DNA of 64,000 bases, taken from NCBI RefSeq assembly GCF_036321535.1, contig NC_087438.1:13394001-13458000 (forward strand). The letters are read 5' to 3'. Positions within the stretch are counted from its first letter, which is position 1. Every line of letters starts with the position of its first letter. Source of the stretch: Camelus dromedarius (lineage: Eukaryota). The notes below the pieces were generated by a model. The model did no database searches, was not told where the DNA came from, and saw only the letters and a program-made list of their open reading frames with translations. Position numbers and translations under genes: made by a program. Positions 52,546 to 64,000 of the stretch are shown here, in pieces.

Positions 52546-55500
52546 CTTCCTGTTGAGGATTAACATCCTGTCATACGCAAGGGCAGCCCCGCCTCATTTA
52601 CTGCCACACGAGTGGATGCCTGCGCTGTAGAGGACTACTTAATCATTTTTGAAATGAACTTTTCAGAAGGGAGAAGGAAGAAGAAAAGGAAAAGGAAGAT
52701 GTAAAACCTTGTATTTGAAATGCCATCTAGAAGAGTACTTCCTCTACATTCCCTCCCCTCCCCCACAAAAATACTTTAGGAATCTCTTAATTACTAAGTT
52801 ACCTTTGTGTGCACAGTAGCTCTAGGCTTAAGATAACTTGAATTGCAATCTCCTGATTTTACAATTTTTTTTCATGAACTTTAAGACTCGGATGATGATG
52901 ATTCAATATCCCACAGGAGAAGACCTGGTGATTACAAGGAACCCACAACATTCAAAGCACTTTACTATAAAATTGATATTTGGCACAAATAATGTTAATC
53001 AAATGTGTTTCACTTTTATCTCCTGCACATTTACGAATAGACAGAGAGCCATATAAAAGAAAGTTTTAAGGCCAGCAAAATATACATTGATGACTTTTAG
53101 ACAAAGAGTGATGGCCTAATAAAACACACCAAGGGGAAAAATGCAAAAGCAAAGACAGCTTTCTTTTGAAGCACAATAATTTGGCTTAAGCTACTTACTG
53201 TTCTTGAAGCAATTTATAATTGAGTCACCTGAAAATCAAAAGCATCAATTATAGAACCATTTTCCAAGTGATACTTTCTATAGTATTTGACTAAAGGATA
53301 GTTTAATTCTTTCACTTACCAATAGCTCATCATTTTGCTGTAACACTTGCTAAAGTTCTAATTTGGAATGTGGCTTTTGTTTATTCGTGGGAAGAGATTA
53401 AGGAAAAATAAGAGACCAGGCTTCAAATCCTTAACTAGTCCCTGTGTTATGTTCTTGTGGCTATGACAGAGGGAAGGATTCAGATAGGAGCCACAGATCT
53501 GCTAATAATCAAAACTCATTTTCACCACTGATTTAGAGGATCTGGCTAAATGAGAAAACAAAAACATATAATTGCTTTATTCCCTATGATAGCATTTAAG
53601 AGCTAGGCAACTTGCTAGCTGTTTACAAAGATAATGCTGCCTCTATGTAAAAAAGGTCCTATATTTAACTGATAACTTTGCAAATGTCTTACTTTAATAT
53701 TTTAGCAATTGTATTAAGCAAAAACAAATTCCTTTTTAAAACGAAAATGATTTGTTTTAAAATTTAAATTATTTATAAATGAAGGAAAAAAATGACCCAT
53801 GATTCAGCATATATTTTTTCACTTGAAAAATTCCTTTCAATGAAAATATAATATTTCATGTATGTTTTAGGCTTTTTTACATAAATATTAACTGCATTAA
53901 TTTATAATTATAATTAGTTGTAATTGTATAATTGTTATACAATTTCAGGCCTGTTAGAAAAACCACTATCATTTAATGAAACTGTTGTTTAATTATTATA
54001 ATTTAAAAATATAATTTATAGCTGTAATGATCTAATTTATCATTTCAATCAATTTAACATTAGTGGCAAATTATTTCAAATTATGTAATACATTGAAGAT
54101 AATATCCTTTCTTTGAAAGAGATGCTCTTACTCCTTCAATTTGTTCATGTTAAAAGTAAATGGTGAAACTTGGTCTTTTTTCTTTCCTTCTTTTTATTTT
54201 TTAACTGAGACAAACAGACAATTATAAGTGGATGAAAACTCAAAAATGTGAGCCACATTTACATGCAGGAGATGTTTTGTGAAAGTCTATGTCTCTTAAA
54301 AGGGGAAATGATTCTAAAGCAAACAAACCACCTCATTATTTTGATTTAAAATATTCCATTTAAAGTCAGTGCATTAGCAGAGAAAGAGAATTGCCAAGGA
54401 TATCAATTAAACATTAGAGAGTATTATAGTTGAAAATAAAATAAGTTATGTGTTGCAGTAAACATGCATTGCTACCAGCAACATAACTCTATAGCACCTT
54501 TAAAAAAGAGTTAATTTATAAGCATGCTCCAATCATACTGGAAATTAATGGATTGAAAAGGTGATCTTTTTTCCATTCAAGTGAATTCACCACGAAATAA
54601 TAGCCAGTATCAAACCCGTTAATAAGCTGGGTACTAACATCACAAAGGAAAGGAAAATGAACGATCCTCAGACTAGCATGCATCACACCATTTGAACGTT
54701 GATATTTACACTGAAAAGCACAATACTGAAGTACAGTTAACTCAAAGTTTTCTACCATGCCTTGCATATTTTGAGTCAGGCTGTGGTTCTATATTTTTGC
54801 ATGAGGCTCTCTGCCTTATATTTGTCTTTTTGTATTATTTTTATTTATATGTAATATTGAAAGCATCACTTTATTTAATTTAATGTTAAAAGAGATGATC
54901 ACCTGACAAAAGAGATTATTAGTGGCTTTACATAATCAAGTTGCAGTAAATTATCATGACACTTAAGTTTTATGCATAAAAGTGTGACATTGAGGAAGAG
55001 ACTCATTGTAGCAGAGGCACTGGTGGGATTGCATTTTTTAAACTATATTTTTTTGGCACACATAGAATATACGCTGTCTTTACACTTCATATTTTGCTAA
55101 TACGTTTCTAGCTATGTGCTGAATTGCATTTTTATGATTTTGAGAAGACATGCATTGAAAATCCTAGTATAACATACTGAATACTCACATATTCCAAAAG
55201 GCTCAAAAGAAATATTAACACAATTTCGAGATTCAATGCATGCTATTCAGCTAAGTTAAAAAAACTAATTGGCTTAAAACTGATTATTCATTACAATGGA
55301 TTTAAGGCATTTTGAAATATCACACTAATTTTTATAAGCTATTCTATTGTCTAGAAACTCACAAATCATTGTACAACGGAATGCATATTTTTCCAACTCA
55401 TTTTCAGCAGGTGGGACATTTGTGATATGTTTATGTTGAAATCCAGGATAGTAACGTGTGTTCTGGGTAATTCTAAAAATGGGTATATGCCAACATAGAA

Positions 55501-57239
55501 AAAGGCCTTTGTACAATAAATGGTCATGATTCTGACACTAATTTGATGGAACGGAATTCACTTTACATAGTCATGATGCCACATATTCTCCAGCCTTTCA
55601 AAATCTGGAGAAGATAAAGAAATCTTACTTATAATATATAGAATGGCTCAGAACACAGTATCTCTAATTTCACGAGTCATTAATTTAAGTGAAACACAGA
55701 AATAAAATAATGAAATATGATGCAGAAATGCAGCATTAAGTAAACCAAAAAAAGTGTCCATAACTCTTCTAAGATGTCTTAGATGTTTAATTTTACTAAT
55801 ACTTGTTAAAATTTTCTTGGATGGGTTTGTATATGCTATGTTCCAGAATAAGTTGATACTGTAGACTATTTATTACTTCCTTTAAGAGAAGAGATACATT
55901 GAATGCAGTTTTAAGATGCTTTTGTAAGCCATTTAAAAGTTCAAAGACAAAGGTATCAATATTGAGGCCTTCTGATCTGAGATGGGTGAAATCTTTGTCT
56001 ATTTTTTTGCTCTTATATTTAGTTTACAGATAATGCCATGCAACTTAAGCCTTTGTAAGAAAACAATGATCCATCTTAACTGTAAATGCTAAACATTTCA
56101 TTCCATTTCTAAGGTCAGAGATAATATTTGGCTTTTACCATCTTCCTCAAAAATGGACTCTTCAAAAACATACAGTTTGGTTAGTGCTAAATAAATGGGA
56201 TTCCCAACGATAGGAGTCTTTATTACGATTACGAAGACTACTGCTTTTTAAAAGAGAAACTATCTCCTAACTTCAACAGCTCCATTTTTATGGCTCTTGA
56301 ATCATTTGGTCAATTTCTTAAAAAGTTTTTTTTCGATTTCTATCCCAATGATGATGTATTAAACGTTCCTAAATCATACCATTGTAATAAGTGAAACATT
56401 TCTCATCAAGGATGATCTTTTAAGCTTTTTTTTAAATTATTATTATTAGTATTTCTTATATTTACTTTCTTCTTCCTCTGTTATTTATATGTTTGTGTCT
56501 TCTGCCCACATTTTTTATTACAGTACATGTCTTTTCTTATTGACTTGAAAGAGTCTATGTATTAGTCTTTTTTAATACTATATTGAGAATTGGTTTTATT
56601 TTACCTTCTGGGTATGATTCAAAGATTTATATTTGTTTTAATAAAGCCAATGTGGTTTAAGTTATTACAAAAAAAAAAAAGCCTTTAAACTAAATCTGAG
56701 TATTTTCTGTTGTTGGCCAAGTGAGTGGTAAATACTATTTTGGTAAATTATCGATATACAGCTGTTGCTTAATACGTGATTTTTGGATAGTAGATATTAG
56801 GGCATTCAGTATATCCATAAATGATGACAAAATATGAGTACATTCATTTCATTAGTTATGCCTTTTTATTATGATTCTTATCCTGGGTGTCAGTATGCAA
56901 AATTACTGTATAAAATTTGGGGAATATAATGTAATTTTACTTATAGAGAAGTGAATGCTTTTAAAAGTCAGATTATGGGAAGAACTCACATGCAGAGAGT
57001 TTCTGTTAAGGACTTGCTTAATGTCTATCTGCTCTACTTTCACGTGCTGGGAGGTACCCATGAAAAATTATGTAGTAACTGGAATGATCATATTTCCTGG
57101 ATAGTCCTGAAGACCTCTGGTGTCTCTCTGGTATAGATCAATTAATCTTATAAGTTATTTTTATATTCCCTTTCACTCACAAAAGTATCTTATTAAGATA
57201 ATAATGCTGAGACTGTAATAAAATGTTATGACATTATAA

Positions 57240-57700
57240 TGAGTTTAATTGGAACCACCATAAATATAGTGTGGGGAGTCACTTCATCAGATTTATTCTT
57301 TAGAAAAACCTCTCTGATTATACAGTGGATAATGGGTTAGACCATAGCTTGACTGAGGACCCAAAACAATCCTCAAAAAGCAAGTAAAATAATCTTCCAA
57401 AAGAATATGATGGATTAAGCAAGATATCAACAGTGGAGAAAGAGAAAGGTACTTCAAAGGTATTTAAGAATAGATAATTAACTTAGTATTTTTTTTTTTT
57501 TTTTATTTGAGGGTAAATGAGAGAGAACAGTCCAAGATCAAACCAGCTTCTATCAGGAATTAGGGCCAAAAGAAGAGCAAGAGTTATGTCAGACATAGAT
57601 GAATTGTGTGCAGACTTACATGCCTTTGAGATGTGAAAGTAGAAAGAGCAGAAGAAAAATTCTGGAATGGTGGTGCTCTCAGAGGCAATGGTTTTATTGA
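57240..57700 (-). mobile_element. L2 remnant
   Basis: atcagatttattctttagaaaaacctctctg...cagtggagaaagagaa...gacatagatgaattg resembles antisense L2. Confidence 0.5.
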
Positions 57701-58009
57701 AGTATAAAAGTCAGATTTCCATGGTTTTAGAAGAAGTGAATATCAGATCAGAACACCATACAATGGGTACACAAAATTCTCACTCAATTGTCTAACAAAC
57801 TGTAATACCCATTAATTTTGATATCCCCAATGTAAGAATAAGAATGGTGGACAGATTCATGTTAATATTTTGATGAATTTTGGCTGTGTTTACATGACTG
57901 ACAAAAAGACACTGACAGAATTGCAAGGAAGATTCTTTTGATTCAGAGGATCACAAAGCAAAACAAAAACAGCTCCTTCTTTCTTACTATTTTCTAACAG
58001 AACTAGAAT

Positions 58010-59230
58010 AAGCAACTATGGGGCCCCAAAAGACCGCACATCCTGCCTGCCCATTACAAACTGGAAGTTGTCTTGCCCACTGAGTAACAGAGCTGAATCT
58101 GTTCACTTCCTCTTCCAGTACTTCCTCTTCAGTTGAAGTGATGTATGAGCTTAGACTCCTGAATCTTCAGAATCACATCCTGACTCACACGTTTCAAATT
58201 ACGTGAGCAAGGGATACTTACTACTGCTCATTGTCTTCTCTTCTTCATCCTATACCTTTGACCTCTTTGGAATTTTCATGATCTGAAGAAGAAAAACAGC
58301 ATGACTAGTTTGGAAATGATTTCTCCTATCATCTGACCCACCCGTACGTGGAAGGTTGATAGCACTATAGTCCCACTCAAGGATGTCTCTGATGAAAAAT
58401 GGGAAAGGAATATCCTAACAATGGGCAAAAATGTGAGCAGTGTGTCTGGCTGTTTAATTTCCCCGTGAAGGAAGGATGGTAGAGTTATTACATGTCTACA
58501 CATATTTGTTGTCAGGGATTTGGAAGAGATAAGATTGGAAACCTCTAATATGAAGATCAAGGAGGGAGATATACAGATGACCTTTTTGAATGGGCAGAAT
58601 GTGAAGATATCTGTATAAATGCGAACGTTTATAAAAGATCAGTGCTTCAGGGGAAGCTTTTTATCAGGACAAATAAGATAATCTCTTATGGATGTCAAGT
58701 AGATATTTTTTTTCACCCTGCAAATATTAGGCTTTGTTCAGTGGACTCATATACTATGTGACCCTGAGGAGTATTAGGGAATAGTCATGGGTTCAACATT
58801 TTGGATATCCTCCTCACCCAAAATGGATTTGGCTGTGGCCGTTGCTGAATGTCCAAACTGCCAACTACAAATATAAATACTAACAGCCCATTTCCTTGGG
58901 GAATCAACAAATCAGTTGGGGTTGATTACACTGGAATTCCTCCAATAGGAAAAGAAAGGAACACATTCTTGTGTTGGATTTGGTTGTCTGCTCTGCTCCT
59001 ACACTTTCGCCCAAACTTCTCTTTGTCAATTTCTGTAATGCTTTGTTCCACACAGCTTTGCTGTTGCCCATCTTAGGAATTCATCTTAGGAAAAGTAGAA
59101 TGTGTACAGAATTCATTTTTCTTGCTATGTCCTCCATAACCCCTAAGTATCAGGTCTGATAGAATCCGTGGATCCAATACAAGAAGTTTCCTCTAGAAGA
59201 CTAAGTTATGGCACCAGCTTGAGACAGTGT
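58010..59230 (+). mobile_element. ERVL internal pol remnant (RNase H to integrase)
   Basis: caatgggcaaaaatgtgagcagtg resembles the QWAELRAV motif; gatttggctgtggccgttgctgaatgtccaaactgccaa encodes DLAVAVAECPNCQ (integrase Zn-finger CxxC); VDYTG in ORF 58849..59076 matches ERVL VDYIG; SGLIE-like motif near 59150. Confidence 0.8.
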
Positions 59231-59231
59231 C

Positions 59232-59665
59232 TTGTAGGGCCAATGAATGAGATGCTAAATACACAAATGAAAGAAAGCCAGACCATAGATTGGCATACAA
59301 CTCTGACCTACAATCTCTGCAGTAACAGCTCAGGAGACCAGACCACAATCTTGGAAAACAGCTGCCAACCTTCGTATTTTTTGTCCTCACTTATGAATGA
59401 GGATGAACCAGAAAAAGTTAACTGTGGTCCCCAAACAAATCACTTAAGATACCATACTTCTAATTAGCCTGCCTCCAGCCTCACCCACCAACAACCTTCA
59501 TGTAGAGAGTACCTGAAACCCTCCCTTTTTCAACATAAAGCTTTCCACTCTCTTGACTGATTTTGGATCTCGGCAAAACACAAGTGAAGCCGGCTGACAC
59601 TGTTGCTAAAAAAAGTTGTGAGTACATAACTTCTGCTTATTTATATTTGGTTAGTCTTTGTTTTC
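59232..59665 (+). mobile_element. Old ERV1-type LTR (MER90/MER110-like)
   Basis: aactctgacctacaatctctgcag...ccccaaacaaatcac...cttctaattagcctgcctccagc...ataaagctttccactc. Confidence 0.55.
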
Positions 59666-60869
59666 CTGGAGGCTACATTGAGACAAAGTGTGCACTGCCT
59701 GCTGCCATGGACCCCAGCCTGTGACCAGCCACTTTATACATGCAGATGTCTTGTGTATTACTGATAATGACTTGGTAACTCTGCTGGTAATACAAATGAA
59801 GAAGAGGAAACAAATTTAAGAGATACTACTGAGATGTTACCTAATGCAAATTAATTAAATATAGCAATACTGATTTGTGTCAACAGATATTTATCAAGTA
59901 GGGGATAGAAAAATAAGAACAACTTTTACAGGGAATTAAAAGAAAAGCTTAATGCTTAAAATGCTTACAGATGTTGGCCAGTGGGCCAGAGCTTAAATAA
60001 AAGTGGTAAAAATCTGAAAAGAGATTTAGGATCCCCACTGTAACAATTTGTAGTTGAAGACATGGAAGTAGATAATATCATTCAGATAATATAACCCAGA
60101 AACCGTGTGGATATAAACACGGCAGAGGTCTGAGAGATAACCTGAAAATCCACCTATAAAACATGGATGGTAGAAACGATTGCATTGAATAAATGGAGAA
60201 AGAACATTCACAGAAAGAAAGCTAAGTAAGAACGCTGTCATCAAAGTCAGCAACACAGACAACTTGGAGAAAAAGAGAAGGTTGAACTCTATTAAATGCC
60301 ACAGAAAGTGAGATAAGAAGTAGCAGGGGAGATCCCAGATGACATTAGTGGCTTCATATTGTTTGGCATGATGGGAGGTGATGCCAAAATCTAATCAATT
60401 GGCCACAAGTAAAAGGAACCAGGAGATGGAACTTACTCCATCAAGAGTCAGGACAAAACTATAAACAGACTGCACACCTCCAAAGAGAATTTAATTAATT
60501 TAACTTATAGCTTGCCAATAAAATGGTGTATTATACAGTTTCAAAAACTCATATGTGGGACAAGAATATATCTTAATGTGTGGTTATGTTAAAATACATT
60601 AATAAGAAAAGCCCAAATGAATATAGTTAGATTTAATTCTAATTTTAGAAGACAAAAATATCTTTGTGGATCTGTTTACCAAAAATGTTATTTAACAATA
60701 CTGTCTTTCATGAGAAAGAAATGCTTTTTTATATTCATGAAAGAAATGTTGCTTATTTTCAAAAATATGTGTGATGGACATATATTAATTTTTAGAACAG
60801 TAATAAAACCAACAAAGCATGTGTATTAAATGACGAGAAAGAGAGTTATAGCCTTCCTGTTATTTTTAA

Positions 60870-62440
60870 CAGGGAAATATATTGCTACTAAAATAAAATT
60901 TATGTGTAAGTTTTCATTTTGATTGTTATGACAGCTGTGCAAACCACCCAAAACAGGATATAGAATATTTCCATCATCTGAGACATTTTCGTCTACTGCT
61001 GTCTAGTGCACTCCTCACTTCATCCAGAGATAACCACCTTCTCATCCTTAACACCAAAGATCAATTTTGTCTATTTTCTGACTTCATATAAATGGAATCA
61101 TACATTATTTTATTTGCCTTCTCTAGCTCAACATAATGTCTTTAAGATTCACTTATGTTGTTATGTGTATATGTGATTCACTTTTTATTGATGAACAATA
61201 TTCCAATGTATGAAAATACCAAAATTTGACTCTCTATTTCCCCAAATTTGAATAGTTGTATCTATTTGGCTGATTTCTACTGTTCGGCTATTGTGATAAA
61301 GGCTATATAAATATTCTTATGTAATTATTTTAGATAAAACATTTTTCACAGTTGATAAACAGTTTTCCACTCCTATCAGCAATGTATGAGAGTTTCAGTT
61401 GTGACCTATTTTTGTCAACAGTATTGCCAGTTGTTTTGTTTTTGAGCATTGTAATGTTTTTAGTTTTCATTTCACTGACAATGTAATAATGTTGCCGCAT
61501 TTTCATGTACTTATTGATCATTTCTGGATCTTCTTTTGTATGGTGTTTTTAAGCCTATTATCCACATGTAATAGCTTGTTTGTATATTGATAATGGATTT
61601 AAAAAAAATTTTATATATACAATGCATTGCTCAGCAATATGAATTACAGATTTTTTTTCACTGTCTGTAATTTGCCTTTCCTTTCCTAAATGCTGCCTTT
61701 TCATAAGTAGGCATCTTTTATTTTGATAAAATCCAATCATCATTTTAAAATGATTAAATTTTCCTGTATAAAGAAATATTATTTTACCAAGTTGTGAAGA
61801 TAGTTTTCCCTGCAGAGGTTTTATGGTTCCTGTTTTACTTCGTAAGCCTATAATCCATCTTGAATTAATATTTTTATTAAGTTAGGTAGATGTCAAGATT
61901 ATTTATTTATTTTTCCTTTTGACCATACAGCTGTTCCAGAATCATTTGTTAAAAAAAGATTTTTCATTCCCCCATTGACTTGTCTTGGTGTCATGATTCA
62001 CAATTGACCACAGATGAGCCAGTCTATTTCTGGACTCTCAGTTTTCTTCCATTTATCTTTCCTTTATCAATATTGCAGCTTCTAAATTAGTATATCTTCT
62101 TTGTAAATCTCCATGGCAGGTAATGTAAGACCTCCAAATATGTGCGTTTTAAAAAAATAGGATTATTTTAGATCCTTTGCTTTTCCATCAAGTTTTAGAT
62201 TAAAATAGTCAGTTTCTTGATGGGGGGGGAAAGGGAGAACTTCTGACATTTTGATTGGGAATGCATTAAATCCATAAATAAATCTAACAAGTTTTGAAAT
62301 CTTAATGATACTGAATTTTTTAAGGTATGAGCACTTATCCTCTTGTTAGTTTGGGTTCCCTTTAAGTGATGGCTAAATGCTGCTTTGTAGTTCTTGGCAG
62401 TCTTGAAAGTTTTCCACACAGAGGTCTTGAACATTTTACA
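60870..62440 (-). mobile_element. Old L1 (MD/ME-like) 3' UTR and ORF2 end
   Basis: ggatatagaatatttccatca, acttcatataaatggaatcataca, ataatccatcttgaattaat, tgattgggaatgcattaaatcc. Confidence 0.85.
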
Positions 62441-62479
62441 GTCAATTTGTTTTTGATGATATTTTAAAATGATATTGTG

Positions 62480-62635
62480 TGTATATGCATAAATTATATG
62501 TATAATTCATATACATAAATATATCTGTAATTAACAAATGTATCATGTTAGATTTTTTGATATAACATGTATGTGTGCTTATTATATGTATAGTATAATG
62601 CATATGTATAAACACATACATATATACACACACAT
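62480..62635. repeat. Low-complexity (AT/AC/GT)n tract
   Basis: Alternating purine-pyrimidine, AT-rich degenerate repeat. Confidence 0.6.
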
Positions 62636-63073
62636 TACTTTATGATCTACACAAGTATTTGCTGAAAGACACACCTACAGCTACAATGAGCACCATACAA
62701 AATAGTGTCCCAGGAGAACGGGTACCTAGAAAACAGTAAAAGAGCTGCCTAGAAGGAGCCAGCAAAAGAGGCGCTCAGTGTAGAGCTGATGCTTGCCTGT
62801 CTACTTCAGATGGAAACCAAGCAGCCTCAGCTTTAGCTGGGTGTTCATTTCTAAGTTCCTGATGTATGTTAGCTGTTTCACCGAATTTTTTATATTAACC
62901 TACAACATGGGTTTTGGCCTGTAACCATGTCTGAGAAACACAATCTGACATCCAGAACTTAATCCTTACAGGATTTGATTTATGGCAACTGTCTTTTCTT
63001 CTTGATGAGCATCCATTTTACCCAAACCAGGATGACTTAGCAGACCTGAGAGTCAGTGAAATTTCAACCTGCT

Positions 63074-63093
63074 GCTCTCTCTCTCTCTCTCTC
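63074..63093. repeat. (CT)n microsatellite
   Basis: ctctctctctctctctctc. Confidence 0.9.
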
Positions 63094-64000
63094 ACAATTT
63101 CCCCCCTCCTTTTCTTACTGAAATATGAAATAAAACTAATGCTATGTGAATACTTGTGGGAAGTTATAAAGAAAATATCTCCCTAATCCAACTTTTTTTT
63201 TCACATACAGCATTCACAATTACCTCTGTAATTCAGATTGTATATTTTATTTCATGTTGTCTTTTATTTTCCTTTCTTGGTGACAATATGATGTATGTAT
63301 ATACACAACTGTAACTTAAATTCATTGTTTATTTTTAAGATATTTAAAACAACCAAAATGTTGCAATAGTAATAGACACTATATAGATATATATATACAC
63401 ATACACACACAATACACATGCATACTATATTCAATTAATTTTGATCAATAAGAATATTTTATACCAGAATAAAGGGAAGTAAGTTCACAAAGAATATCTG
63501 TGTCTATTTAATTTCACGATAAGAATCTTAAATTTCTATAAAGAGAGGGGTGTTTAGAGTGTTAGAAAGAATATAGCATAATAAAAATATATTGTTCAAA
63601 TGAGATATATTTTGAGAATTTGGTCTAATGAATCAATTGGGAAGCAACTAAAGGTCAGGAAGTATTTTAAAATTTAAATGTGAGATTGTGAAGGCGTTAT
63701 TTTTTTGACATGGTTACTTTATACATATCTTCAGAGAAATGAATGTTATTGCATTAGCAAAACAAATTATACTGCAAATAGGTATGGAAAATATTTCTTC
63801 GGCAGTGAAATATATATGATAGTAGGTGTTTTGAAAATATGTTATTATATTTGGCACAAGTATCAAATAACTAAAAATATTTTGTAAAAGGTTAGAATAC
63901 ACAGACCAAAAAATGGAAATTTAGATTAATGAAATATGTCTAACGAAAGACTAGCAGTGATTTCCAGAAGTCAGAGAAATTGTAAATGTGTAAATAATTG

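Noticed and set aside
1..64000. CRISPR arrays, operons, tRNA/rRNA genes, or a novel multi-gene system
   Set aside because: Mammalian repeat-rich non-coding DNA; I saw no repeat-spacer array, structured RNA gene or intact long ORF

Overview
AT-rich eutherian genomic DNA with no recognisable protein-coding exon, tRNA or rRNA. It reads as gene desert or deep intron. The youngest L1 3' ends resemble the cetartiodactyl/camelid type, and I found no Alu, B1, Bov-tA/BovB, PRE-1, CAN or ERE SINE, so a camelid source is a reasonable but unverified inference. A large part of the window is decayed interspersed repeat: L1 of several ages, MaLR/MLT1, ERV1/ERV2/ERVL LTRs, ERVL pol remnants, MER45B, MER5, MIR and L2. 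The only gene-derived sequence is a degenerate RPL37A processed pseudogene at about 45659-45992. The most notable structures are three 5'-inverted L1 insertions, a cluster of five LTRs in about 4 kb, a fold-back duplication inside an MLT1 LTR, and a few non-repeat candidate conserved elements. One of the inverted L1s joins the extreme L1 5' end to the last ~750 nt inside one short TSD. I found no support for a new multi-gene biological system. Repeat family names come from recalled consensus sequences, not a search, so subfamily calls and boundaries lacking a TSD are approximate.
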